From an uncultured Candidatus Saccharibacteria bacterium (lineage in GTDB: Bacteria > Patescibacteriota > Minisyncoccia > Phycocordibacterales > UBA5272): 64,000 nucleotides of DNA. The position numbers and the translations under genes are program-made. Under the pieces are notes generated by a model. It was not told the DNA's origin. It ran no database searches and saw nothing but the letters and a program-made list of their open reading frames with translations. Every line of letters starts with the position of its first letter. Position 1 is the first letter of the stretch. Below are positions 26,633-35,610 of the stretch, one piece after another. Location: positions 545 through 64,544 of the forward strand of contig CAZJJX010000006.1 in assembly GCA_964546555.1 (NCBI GenBank). Reading direction: 5' to 3'.

Positions 26633-27520
26633 ATGCCAGATAAATATACTGCTGTATGGGTGTCACATTCATCGATGGGGGATTTTCTTAAGTGTCCACG
26701 ACTGTATTATCTTCATAACATGTATAAGTCCAAGAAAACTGGGCACAAGGTATCGCTCGTGAGTCCTCATATGTCGCTAGGTATCGCTGTTCATGAGGTC
26801 CTAGAAGGGCTTGCAGATTATCCAGCACATGAACGTATGGATAGAGATTTACGTGCAAAGTTCGAAGAAGCGTGGAATAAGGTGACAGGGTTACGTGGAG
26901 GCTTTACAAGCGAAGCTCAAGAAGAAGAGTTCAAGATGCGCGGTAAGCAGATGATTAACAATGTGATCAAGGATCCACGTTTTCTTGTTAATAAGTGTAT
27001 TAAGCTTAAACGCGATACGATGCCTTGTAACTTTTATATCTCAGAAGATCATAATATTATTTTAAATGGTCTTGTTGATTGGATAGAGTATCTTCCTGAA
27101 ACTGATTCGTTACATATTGTTGATTTTAAAACAGGCAAGAACGAGGAACAAGAAGGGTCACTCCAGTTACCTATCTATCTACTTCTTTGTAATGCACTTC
27201 AGAAACGTGCTGTAACAAAAGCAAGTTACTGGTATCTTGAGTCAGATTCTATGGTTGAGGCTTTGCTACCTGACGCAGAAACCGCAAAGGAACAGGTGCT
27301 TGCTGTTGCTATGCGCGTGAAAGAGGCGCGAACAAAAGCAAAACGATCTGGAGAAGACAGTGTCTTTGTGTGTCCAAAGGGAGCGTATGACCCCAAGACA
27401 CAAGAAGGGGGGTGTTTTGGGTGTCGCCCATATGAGTATATTCTTAATGAGGATAAGCGTGTGACGTTTGTCGGTGTGGGAGGATTTTCTCAGGACATGT
27501 ATATACTTAGTGAATCATAG
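26633..27520 (+). CDS. PD-(D/E)XK nuclease with Cas4/AddB-type cysteine pattern
   Basis: One N-terminal Cys (FLKCPRLYY), the nuclease core GLVDWIEY...LHIVDFKTGK...LQLPIYLLL, and three C-terminal Cys (VCPKG...GGCFGC). Confidence 0.75.
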   Translation: MPDKYTAVWVSHSSMGDFLKCPRLYYLHNMYKSKKTGHKVSLVSPHMSLGIAVHEVLEGLADYPAHERMDRDLRAKFEEAWNKVTGLRGGFTSEAQEEEFKMRGKQMINNVIKDPRFLVNKCIKLKRDTMPCNFYISEDHNIILNGLVDWIEYLPETDSLHIVDFKTGKNEEQEGSLQLPIYLLLCNALQKRAVTKASYWYLESDSMVEALLPDAETAKEQVLAVAMRVKEARTKAKRSGEDSVFVCPKGAYDPKTQEGGCFGCRPYEYILNEDKRVTFVGVGGFSQDMYILSES

Positions 27521-27592
27521 ACATGTCTCGCAAAAAGAAATGGTGTATACTTAAGCTATTAGTAGTTTTACTTGTAATGTATAAATAACACT

Positions 27593-28210
27593 ATGACACT
27601 ATTTGGAAAAATTGTATTTATTTCTACGCTTCTTATCGTTGGAGGAGGTGCATATTATGCTGTAATATCGTATGTTTCAAATGATAATCAATCTGCGGCT
27701 GAAGAAAAAGCAGCAGTCGTTGTACCTATTACAGAATCTGCACAAGAGGTTGCGTCATCATCACCTGTTGCGACATCTTCCATAAATGCTAGCGCTACAT
27801 CAAGTGCATCTACGTCTACATCAACAAAGAAGATTCCTTTTTCTCAATTTATAAAACAATCAGGATCATATAAATGTTCTGTTGTTCAGTCTGTTGCTCA
27901 GATGTCCACAACAGGTGTGGTTTATCTTGATAACGGTATGGTGAAAGCAGAGTTTGCTGTATCTGTTGCCGGTCAATCGCTTAAAACATATATGATTGCA
28001 AAAGATGGGTTCACCTACACATGGACAAGTAACGATCTTACAAAGGGATACAAGACAAAAATTGCTCAAGCTAAAGGTGACACATCTACACAATCAAAAG
28101 GCACCATTACTTGGGATGGTTCTCAGATAGGTGATTACTCATGTGAAGACTGGAAAGCAGACGCATCTATGTTTGTACTTCCAAAGACTATTACATTTGT
28201 GACACAGTAG
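27593..28210 (+). CDS. membrane-anchored/secreted hypothetical protein
   Basis: N-terminal TM helix, an S/T/A-rich linker and a C-terminal globular part with 2 Cys. Confidence 0.5.
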   Translation: MTLFGKIVFISTLLIVGGGAYYAVISYVSNDNQSAAEEKAAVVVPITESAQEVASSSPVATSSINASATSSASTSTSTKKIPFSQFIKQSGSYKCSVVQSVAQMSTTGVVYLDNGMVKAEFAVSVAGQSLKTYMIAKDGFTYTWTSNDLTKGYKTKIAQAKGDTSTQSKGTITWDGSQIGDYSCEDWKADASMFVLPKTITFVTQ

Positions 28211-28243
28211 TTATAGATAAGTAGGTGTGTGTAAAGGAATAGT

Positions 28244-28280
28244 AAAAAAAAGAGGGCGGCCAAAGGCCGCCCTCTTTTTT
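28244..28280 (+). terminator. rho-independent terminator
   Basis: AAAAAAAAGAGGGCGGCC-AAA-GGCCGCCCTCTTTTTT. Confidence 0.85.
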
Positions 28281-28288
28281 GCACCGCA

Positions 28289-28317
28289 TTTGTAAAAAAC
28301 CATAGATTTGCTATAAT
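28289..28317 (+). promoter_or_regulatory. sigma70-type promoter candidate
   Basis: TTGTAA, 17-nt spacer, TATAAT. The -10 ends 9 nt before ATG 28327. Confidence 0.45.
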
Positions 28318-28326
28318 GTCTAGTAT

Positions 28327-29073
28327 ATGGCATCACGAACATATCTATACGGTAAGAATCCACTTAAAGAAGCGCTTGCTTTTTATGCACGCACAGGAGT
28401 AAATCCTCTTACTGAAGTATTGCTTACACGACAAGCAGAGCAAGATAGAGATATTATGAGTAGTATCCAGTCTCATAAAATTACCTACTCTGTAGTCACT
28501 TCACAGGAAATAGAAAGCCATGTGGGAAGAGATACAGTGCACCAGGGGATTCTTGCACTTCTTGATCAAAAGGGATTATATACTTCCCTAAAGGACGCAC
28601 TTACACTGTGTAGCCAAAAAGAAAGACCACTTATTGTGCTTATGGATGAACTTCAGGACCCACACAATGTTGGAGCAATTATTAGATCATCTGTAGCATT
28701 TGGTGCTTCTGCTATCTTTATTCCTGAGCATAACCAGACTCAGATAACTGGAACGGTGATTAAGTCTTCCGCAGGAATGAATTTTTCTATACCAGTAGTT
28801 CAAATTGGTAACATAAATACAACGCTTCTTAAGCTTAAATCGCTCGGTTATTGGATCGATGCATTGACAGGAAAAGGTGATACGCAATTACCTGATGTGC
28901 ATTTTGATACACCAGTTGTTATTATTGTTGGTAGTGAAGGTGTTGGTATTGCAAAAAAAACTCTTGAGCATTCAGATTTTCAACTTACAATCCCGATGCA
29001 TAAACATGCAGAATCATTAAATGCATCTAATGCTGTTGCGGTAACACTCTATGAGTGGAGTAAACAACAATAG
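28327..29073 (+). CDS. rlmB: TrmH/SpoU-family 23S rRNA 2'-O-ribose methyltransferase (RlmB-like)
   Basis: YGKNPLKEAL N-domain, DELQDPHNVGAIIRSSVAFGA, VVIIVGSEGVGI, IPM....ESLNASNAVAV. Confidence 0.8.
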   Translation: MASRTYLYGKNPLKEALAFYARTGVNPLTEVLLTRQAEQDRDIMSSIQSHKITYSVVTSQEIESHVGRDTVHQGILALLDQKGLYTSLKDALTLCSQKERPLIVLMDELQDPHNVGAIIRSSVAFGASAIFIPEHNQTQITGTVIKSSAGMNFSIPVVQIGNINTTLLKLKSLGYWIDALTGKGDTQLPDVHFDTPVVIIVGSEGVGIAKKTLEHSDFQLTIPMHKHAESLNASNAVAVTLYEWSKQQ

Positions 29074-29086
29074 AAGTCGGTGATAT

Positions 29087-29116
29087 AAAAAGGCACACCA
29101 TTATGGTGTGCCTTTT
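29087..29116. terminator. bidirectional terminator hairpin
   Basis: AAAAAGGCACACCA-TTA-TGGTGTGCCTTTT. Confidence 0.8.
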
Positions 29117-29125
29117 GGATGCGCA

Positions 29126-29638
29126 CTATGCGACATGTTCATTTTTGAAACGATCAATTGAATTTCGTATAGACATTTTTTCAAGGAAATATCCTTCAAA
29201 TGTTTGTGCGTGAAGGTTTCCTTCTGTGTTACTTCGTGTTGCATATGTAGCAAACTGCACAAGGGTACGTAAGAGCTCTCCTCCCTCATAGATGTTCCAC
29301 TTTTCTAGTGTGTGAGGAAAAATTTCTGCAGGAAAATCCTTCATTACACTCAAACCCCAGCATGTAAGATTGACAGGTGATATTCTTTTTAGCTTTGTTG
29401 CGAGTTCTGCAGCTGGCTCGACTCTTCCACCTGGATAAGCGCCGCTTAGATAGAGTTGTGGCGTATAAGGGTCAATATATGAAGAGATGACATTAAAATC
29501 ACCGCTTTCAAAAAATGCAACAAGATTATCGATCGAGCGCCCTGTTATCGCTTCGAGGGCGTGTTGTAGTTTGTGTACCAAAACTTGAGAGAGGTCAATT
29601 GACCGAGTCTGCATGAAGATAACAAGAGGTTTCTGCAT
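29126..29638 (-). CDS. hypothetical protein
   Basis: 170-aa ORF with an ATG start, an AAGGAT SD and no recognisable motif. Confidence 0.5.
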   Translation of the reverse strand: MQKPLVIFMQTRSIDLSQVLVHKLQHALEAITGRSIDNLVAFFESGDFNVISSYIDPYTPQLYLSGAYPGGRVEPAAELATKLKRISPVNLTCWGLSVMKDFPAEIFPHTLEKWNIYEGGELLRTLVQFATYATRSNTEGNLHAQTFEGYFLEKMSIRNSIDRFKNEHVA

Positions 29639-29806
29639 ATATATCCTTCGTTTAAGTAAGGGGGCATCTATTGTGATCCTACAAGAAAAAATTATCTTGT
29701 CAATAAATTACACATTTTAGTATAGGGTGACAGTAAAGTCATAAAACAATAGATGTAGCTACTTGTAAATAAATGCAACTTAGCTAATAAGTGATAGAAT
29801 AGAGCA

Positions 29807-30856
29807 ATGATTAACCGACTGCTTCGAAATCTTTCTAATGATATTGGTATTGATCTTGGAACCGCTAACACACTTGTTTATGTTCGAGGTCGAGGTATTG
29901 TGATTAATGAGCCATCTGTTGTTGCGCTTAATACAAAGACAAACCGAGTTGTTGCTGTAGGACTTGAAGCAAAGAGTATGATGGGAAGAACCCCGGCTCA
30001 TATTCGTATTGTTCGACCACTAGTAGATGGAGTTATTTCTGATTACGAAGTAACAGAAGAAATGCTTAGCTATCTTATTAACAAAGCAAACGAAATCGAC
30101 CGTAAGCCATTTCGTCCTCGTGTTGTTATTGGTATTCCTGTCGGTATTACAAATGTAGAAATGCGAGCAGTGTATGATGCTGCAAAATCAGCAGGAGCAG
30201 GAAGTGTCTATATTGTTGAAGAGCCGATGGCTGCTGCAATCGGTGTACATCTTCCTATTCATGAACCTGTCGGAAGTATGATTGTTGATATTGGAGGAGG
30301 GACTACTGATATTGCGGTGATTGCTTTATCTGGAGTAGTGCGTGCAAAAAGTATCAAAGTCGCAGGAGATAAGTTAAATGAAGATATCATTACCTATATG
30401 CGTGATGAGTTCAAAATGCTTATTGGTGAAAAAACAGGTGAACATATCAAAACGACGATTGGGTCAGCTCTTCCTGATGAAGAAGGTCAAGAGCTAAGTG
30501 TGAAGGGTCGCGATCTTGTGACAGGTCTTCCTCGTGAGGCAGTTATCACTGATGTTGATATTCGTGAAGCAATGTATGCATCGGTATCGCTTCTTGTTGA
30601 AGCGATACGAGAAGTACTCGAAACAACACCTCCTGAGGTTCTTGCAGATATTATGCAAAAAGGCATAACACTTGCAGGTGGTGGTGCTCTTATTCGTAAT
30701 CTGCCACATCTCCTTGAGATGCAACTTAAAGTGCCTGTATCTGTGGCGGATGACCCTCTTACTGCTGTTGCGCGAGGTACAGGAATTATTCTTGAGAATA
30801 TTCCGCTCTATAAGGATATACTAGTAGAAAATACCGATGACATATCTTTTAGGTAG
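29807..30856 (+). CDS. mreB: rod shape-determining protein MreB
   Basis: DIGIDLGTANTLVY, VVIGIP, MIVDIGGGTTDIAV, ITLAGGGALI are the actin-fold motifs. Confidence 0.95.
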   Translation: MINRLLRNLSNDIGIDLGTANTLVYVRGRGIVINEPSVVALNTKTNRVVAVGLEAKSMMGRTPAHIRIVRPLVDGVISDYEVTEEMLSYLINKANEIDRKPFRPRVVIGIPVGITNVEMRAVYDAAKSAGAGSVYIVEEPMAAAIGVHLPIHEPVGSMIVDIGGGTTDIAVIALSGVVRAKSIKVAGDKLNEDIITYMRDEFKMLIGEKTGEHIKTTIGSALPDEEGQELSVKGRDLVTGLPREAVITDVDIREAMYASVSLLVEAIREVLETTPPEVLADIMQKGITLAGGGALIRNLPHLLEMQLKVPVSVADDPLTAVARGTGIILENIPLYKDILVENTDDISFR

Positions 30857-31628
30857 AGCACAAAAAAAAAGAAATAAGCGCCTCTATGCATTCTATGTGT
30901 GTTTGTTTGTTGTGCTTATGCTTTTCTGGCCATCGATTAAAAAATTTACCTACAAAGTTATTGAGCCTTTGGTAGTGTCTTTTGGGTTATCGCAAACCAC
31001 TTTGTCCCTTGTGCCTGATTTTCTTGAAACATATATCACAACACATAAAGAGCTTTCGGAAGAAAATAAAAAATTAGAACAAAAAGTTGAATCTCTTGAG
31101 AATGCTCTTGCTGACCTTGACGCAAAGATGCGTGATTACCAAGCAGTAACCACGCTCTATGCATCTTCTTCAGAAAAGGAAGGACGTGTCCTTGTAATGT
31201 ACCCGCTTATGCAAGATATAACACGAATCTATTCTACAATCATGCTCTCAAAAGGTTTTAAAGATGGTCTTGATGTTGGCACTATAGTCTACATACGAGG
31301 TAACCAGGCAGCATGTGTTGTTCAAGAAGTCTTCCCGTTAACATCAAAATGTCTTTTGTATACATCATACGGTGTGGTAACAGAAGGCGTTACCTCTTCA
31401 TCTTCTGTCGTGCTCACGCTTACCGGAAGAGGTGGTCACTATATGGCTGATGTTGTAAGAGATACACCCGTATCAAAAGGTGAGACAGTGTATTTACGTA
31501 GTAATCCAAAAATTGTCATAGGGACAATACAAGAAGTTTCTAATAATAACCAGGATACGTCATGGCACATTTTTGTTAAGAGTGCGTATAATCCAAGTAC
31601 AGCATCAGTTTTTTATGTACAGCAATAA
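30837..31628 (+). CDS. mreC: rod shape-determining protein MreC
   Basis: Position after mreB, N-terminal TM helix, coiled coil (EENKKLEQKVESLENALADLD) and a beta-rich C-terminal domain. Confidence 0.7.
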   Translation: MTYLLGRAQKKRNKRLYAFYVCLFVVLMLFWPSIKKFTYKVIEPLVVSFGLSQTTLSLVPDFLETYITTHKELSEENKKLEQKVESLENALADLDAKMRDYQAVTTLYASSSEKEGRVLVMYPLMQDITRIYSTIMLSKGFKDGLDVGTIVYIRGNQAACVVQEVFPLTSKCLLYTSYGVVTEGVTSSSSVVLTLTGRGGHYMADVVRDTPVSKGETVYLRSNPKIVIGTIQEVSNNNQDTSWHIFVKSAYNPSTASVFYVQQ

Positions 31629-31797
31629 GAAAACAAATCCAATGATTACTACGATATGTGTATGGACACTTATTGTCATTGCCTTTTTTATGGATGTCAT
31701 TTTCGGAAGTATGAGGATACCTATTTTTACAACAATAGTTTGTGCTATAGTAACGTTATATGAATGTATTTCGCCGTATATCTATAAGGCGCGCTAG
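31615..31797 (+). CDS. small membrane protein in the mreD position (identity uncertain)
   Basis: 60 aa from ATG 31615 with two hydrophobic helices. It is much shorter than typical MreD. Confidence 0.3.
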   Translation: MYSNKKTNPMITTICVWTLIVIAFFMDVIFGSMRIPIFTTIVCAIVTLYECISPYIYKAR

Positions 31798-33499
31798 GGC
31801 ACAAGCATCTCACGAGATTGACCCTGAAGATGTTTTTTTGGATTCACAAAATCTATCCAATTTAAACGTAGATCAATTAGAAGGTCAACTAGAAAGGCCG
31901 CTTGGTAAACATATTTTTTATATTGCGCTTATTGTATCATTTGTTATTGTGTTTGGTTTTTCGTACAGACTTTTTGCGATGCAAGTAATCCAAGGTGAGG
32001 ACTATGAAGAAAAGGCAAACAATAACCATCTCAAAAAATTACCCCTCTTTGCACTCCGTGGGACTATCGCTGACCGCAACGGTGAACTCCTTGCCTGGAA
32101 CTCAACACGAATGCTTGAAGAGGGTACTTCAACAGATCAGGCACCAAAAAAAGATGACGATATACCGAAGCGTGTTTATATAAAGGAAAAAGGATTTTCG
32201 CATATTCTTGGTTATGTAAGTTATCCAAAGCGCGATCAGTCAGGAGTCTTTTGGCAAGATGAATATGTCGGTAAAGACGGTATAGAAAAACAGTACCAAC
32301 AAGAATTAGCAGGAGTAAAAGGTGAACGCATTATTGAAGTGACGGCACGTCATGAAGTCGAGGCACAGAATGTTGTCGTATATCCAAGTCATGGTATCAA
32401 CCTTAAACTTTCTATTGATAAAGATGTACAAGCAAAATTATACGAACGTATAGAAGCGCTTGCAAAGAAGGCGTCGTTTACTGGTGGTGCGGGAGTTATT
32501 ATGGATGTGACTAATGGAGAAATACTTGCGCTAACAAGTTACCCGGAATATGATAACAATCTTATTACAAACGCAACAACAAAAGAGGAAAAAGCAACTG
32601 TTGCAGAAGATCTCTTGGATAAGAGAAGAAAATTCCTCAACCGAGCAGTTGGTGGATTATTCACTCCTGGGTCTACTGTTAAGCCGTTTTTTGCATACGC
32701 TGCACTTGCAGAAGGTATTATTACTCCTGAGAAAAATATTTACAGTAGTGGCAAGCTTGTGATTAAGAACAAATATGGGGGTCCTGATACTGTTTTTAAG
32801 GATTGGAAAGCGCATGGTTATGTTGATATGCGTGACGCTATAGCTGAGTCATCAGATGAATATTTTTATCAAATAGGAGGAGGGTACCAAGATCAGAAGG
32901 GACTCGGTATTGCACGTCTTGATGCTTATGCGCAGAAGTTTGGGTTTTCAAGTAGTACAGGAATTGATCTACCTGGTGAAGAAAATGGAATCATACCAAC
33001 TCCAGAGTGGAAGAAGAAAGTGTTTGGCGAAGATTGGCTCTTAGGTAACACGTATCACTCATCAATTGGGCAGTATGGTTTCCAGCTTACCCCGCTTGAA
33101 CTCGTGAGAGCTGTAGCATCTCTAGCAAATGGTGGCATACTTGTGACCCCACATCTTGCGGTAGGTCTACAGACTTCTACATCATCACTTGAGCTTAACA
33201 AGAGTCAACTTAAGATAATTCAAGAAGGTATGTTACAAGCGGTTGAAGGTGAAAAAGGTACAGCGCGAGCTCTTGATATAAAAGGTGTAAGCATTGCTGC
33301 AAAATCAGGAACTGCAGAACTAGGTGTGAGTAAGCAACTTGTTAATTCTTGGATTACAGGATATTTTCCGTATGAGAAACCACGATATGCATTTGTGGTG
33401 ATTATGGAAAAAGGTGATAGGCATAATCCATTTGGTGCTGTATTTGCTGCACGCGAGACGATTGAATGGATGCGGGATAATACTGACTATACAAAATAA
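31760..33499 (+). CDS. mrdA: penicillin-binding protein 2 (elongation transpeptidase)
   Basis: N-terminal TM helix, PBP dimer domain, GSTVKPF (SxxK), SSD, KSGTAE (KxG). Confidence 0.9.
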   Translation: MNVFRRISIRRARAQASHEIDPEDVFLDSQNLSNLNVDQLEGQLERPLGKHIFYIALIVSFVIVFGFSYRLFAMQVIQGEDYEEKANNNHLKKLPLFALRGTIADRNGELLAWNSTRMLEEGTSTDQAPKKDDDIPKRVYIKEKGFSHILGYVSYPKRDQSGVFWQDEYVGKDGIEKQYQQELAGVKGERIIEVTARHEVEAQNVVVYPSHGINLKLSIDKDVQAKLYERIEALAKKASFTGGAGVIMDVTNGEILALTSYPEYDNNLITNATTKEEKATVAEDLLDKRRKFLNRAVGGLFTPGSTVKPFFAYAALAEGIITPEKNIYSSGKLVIKNKYGGPDTVFKDWKAHGYVDMRDAIAESSDEYFYQIGGGYQDQKGLGIARLDAYAQKFGFSSSTGIDLPGEENGIIPTPEWKKKVFGEDWLLGNTYHSSIGQYGFQLTPLELVRAVASLANGGILVTPHLAVGLQTSTSSLELNKSQLKIIQEGMLQAVEGEKGTARALDIKGVSIAAKSGTAELGVSKQLVNSWITGYFPYEKPRYAFVVIMEKGDRHNPFGAVFAARETIEWMRDNTDYTK

Positions 33500-33524
33500 A
33501 AATCTGCCTAAGTGTGGCAGATTT
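33500..33524 (+). terminator. terminator hairpin
   Basis: AAATCTGCC-TAAGTGT-GGCAGATTT. Confidence 0.65.
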
Positions 33525-33694
33525 ATGGAGGGTATTTACATCTATTACCGATAAGCAACAGCCCACATGATTGCGTTTGGTAGTGATCAAATTACAAATG
33601 CAACAGAAGAGTAACTATAATTACATAGTATTATTATATTTTGTCAATATACCATAGACACTACGTTTATGGTATAATACAATCCACTTATTTT

Positions 33695-34150
33695 ATGGAA
33701 TATTTAACACTTGAAAAGAAACAATTACTAGAAGATGAGCTCAATAATCTCATCACTGTTCGTCGTAAGGAGATTGCTGATGCTCTTGAATATGCAAAGT
33801 CACTTGGTGATCTTTCAGAAAACGCGGAATATCACCAGGCTCGTGAAGACCAAGCAAACTGTGAAGACAGAATCATCCACATCGAGCAGATCCTCAAGAA
33901 TGCAGTTATTATGGGTAGTCATGAGGCAGGTGTCGTAAACGTCGGCTCTACAGTGACTGTCCTTAAGAAAGGAACAAAGGAAGAAAGAACGTTTGCGCTC
34001 GTTGGAAGTGAGGAAGCAGATTCTGTGTCTGGTAAAATTTCTAACGAATCCCCACTTGGTCAAGCGCTTCTTGGTAAGAAGAAAGGCGATAAAGTCATTG
34101 TGTCTGCTCCAAAGGGTGAGATTGAATACACTATTATTGAAACAGAGTAA
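33695..34150 (+). CDS. greA: transcription elongation factor GreA
   Basis: LT.E....L..EL..L....R.EI...L..A...GDLSENAEY..A.E.Q......I. Start taken at ATG 33695. Confidence 0.9.
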   Translation: MEYLTLEKKQLLEDELNNLITVRRKEIADALEYAKSLGDLSENAEYHQAREDQANCEDRIIHIEQILKNAVIMGSHEAGVVNVGSTVTVLKKGTKEERTFALVGSEEADSVSGKISNESPLGQALLGKKKGDKVIVSAPKGEIEYTIIETE

Positions 34151-34162
34151 GTATGTATGAAG

Positions 34163-34194
34163 AAAAATCCCACAGAAGACCCTGTGGGTTTTTT
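34163..34194 (+). terminator. rho-independent terminator
   Basis: AAAAATCCCACAG-AAGACC-CTGTGGGTTTTTT. Confidence 0.85.
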
Positions 34195-34266
34195 GTTAGT
34201 TACACATACTAGACAAAACTAATAATACCATGTAGTGTTGTGATAGGTGTTTTTTTGGAGGTCCAT

Positions 34267-34977
34267 ATGAGCCAGTCACCGTTTCTAATGTCTCGTCCTT
34301 TGGAATTTCCTGTGCTTGATGAAGTTGTTTCAGAAGGGTTCCATAAAATTTCTTTTATAAACCCTTTTCGAGAAGACAGAGATCTTCTTGATGGAAATGA
34401 CTTTTTTCAAAAAATTCCAACATTACATGCTGCTAGTATTAAAAAAATTATCACTGCATATGTTCTCTCAGATGATGTGGTCTTTAATGAGTTTGTGCGG
34501 AGAGATTCACAAGCGATAGAGTACTATCTTGATCTCTATCAAGGAAACTTTAAGGGTCGGAAAGGTGTTATTGAAAAAATTCAAAAATCTCACTTAACAA
34601 TTCTTTTTTATCAATATCTTCAAAAAAGAATTCCTGAATGTATTGAGTTTCTTGAAGAGCAAATTGATAAAGTATTTATCCAAGAAAGTGATGGAGTTCT
34701 TTCGTATGACATGGCACTTGTGCTTAGTAATAAGGCACGTACTGCGTACGACACAGTCACTGCATTGTCTAACAGAAACTTATCAGGTATCGATTTTCAA
34801 AAAATTGATAACAGTACTTCGCTTCGACACTATATATATCTTTGGACATTGTTAGTGTATCTTGCAGGGCTTGATAAGAAATTTGATAAAAAGCCTGAAG
34901 AAAAGAAACAGCTAAAGGAACAAGCTCTTTCACGGCTCAAGACAATACTTAGAGTTTGGTGCGTTGAAAAATCTTGA
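34267..34977 (+). CDS. hypothetical protein
   Basis: ATG 34267 is preceded by a GGAGGT SD. 236 aa with no recognisable motif. Confidence 0.5.
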   Translation: MSQSPFLMSRPLEFPVLDEVVSEGFHKISFINPFREDRDLLDGNDFFQKIPTLHAASIKKIITAYVLSDDVVFNEFVRRDSQAIEYYLDLYQGNFKGRKGVIEKIQKSHLTILFYQYLQKRIPECIEFLEEQIDKVFIQESDGVLSYDMALVLSNKARTAYDTVTALSNRNLSGIDFQKIDNSTSLRHYIYLWTLLVYLAGLDKKFDKKPEEKKQLKEQALSRLKTILRVWCVEKS

Positions 34978-34991
34978 CGATTAATGTTGCT

Positions 34992-35022
34992 AAAACCTCA
35001 CATCCAAATGTGAGGTTTTTTT
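34992..35022 (+). terminator. rho-independent terminator
   Basis: AAAACCTCACA-TCCAAA-TGTGAGGTTTTTTT. Confidence 0.85.
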
Positions 35023-35080
35023 GTGTGACATATTTGTTCATATGTTGATTTTTTAGTAAAAATTCAATTTTAGTTATTAT

Positions 35081-35147
35081 CCACACAATTGTGTGGTGAA
35101 TCTGTGCCAAAGTGGGGTATAATGGGGAGCAGTGGGGCAAAGTGGGA
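35081..35147 (+). promoter_or_regulatory. mraZ promoter/operator: 16-bp palindrome plus a 10-bp-phased AGTGGGG repeat array
   Basis: CCACACAATTGTGTGG (35081-35096). Then AGTGGGG 35111, AATGGGG 35121, AGTGGGG 35131 and AGTGGGA 35141, with TATAAT (35118-35123) embedded. Confidence 0.65.
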
Positions 35148-35167
35148 GTTTTGCTTCGCTAAGAGAT

Positions 35168-35602
35168 ATGTTAATCGGAAAGTACACACACGACCTAGAT
35201 CCAAAAAAAAGACTTACGCTACCATCAAAGTGGCGCACTGATCTAGGGAAAAAAGTGGTTGTAACTAACGGATTAGATAGTTCATTGTTTGTTTTTCCTA
35301 TCGAAGAATGGGAAAAGATGGCACAGAAACTTTCTGAAGGAGGTTTTGGAAATCAAGACAGTCGAAGTTTTAATCGCTTCATGCTTGGTAATGCGTTTGA
35401 GACAGATGTTGATTCTGCTGGACGTATTGTTATACCAGACTCACTCAAGACATTCGCAAAGCTCTCATCAAAAGTTGTACTCGCTGGAATGTATTCGCGA
35501 GTAGAGCTCTGGGATGAGGCGCTCTGGGATGCAAACATTGCAAAAGTAAATAACGAAGCTGATGTTCTTGCCTCAAAACTAAATGACCTTGGAATAATCT
35601 AG
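35168..35602 (+). CDS. mraZ: division/cell wall cluster transcriptional regulator MraZ
   Basis: MLIGKYTHDLDPKKRLTLPSKWR and a second SpoVT-AbrB half, DSAGRIVIPDSL. Start taken at ATG 35168. Confidence 0.9.
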   Translation: MLIGKYTHDLDPKKRLTLPSKWRTDLGKKVVVTNGLDSSLFVFPIEEWEKMAQKLSEGGFGNQDSRSFNRFMLGNAFETDVDSAGRIVIPDSLKTFAKLSSKVVLAGMYSRVELWDEALWDANIAKVNNEADVLASKLNDLGII

Positions 35603-35610
35603 TACGAGCT

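Noticed and set aside
35132-35167. GTG 35132 as the mraZ start
   Set aside because: The GTG lies inside the AGTGGGG operator repeats. ATG 35168 gives the canonical MraZ N-terminus (MLIGKY...).
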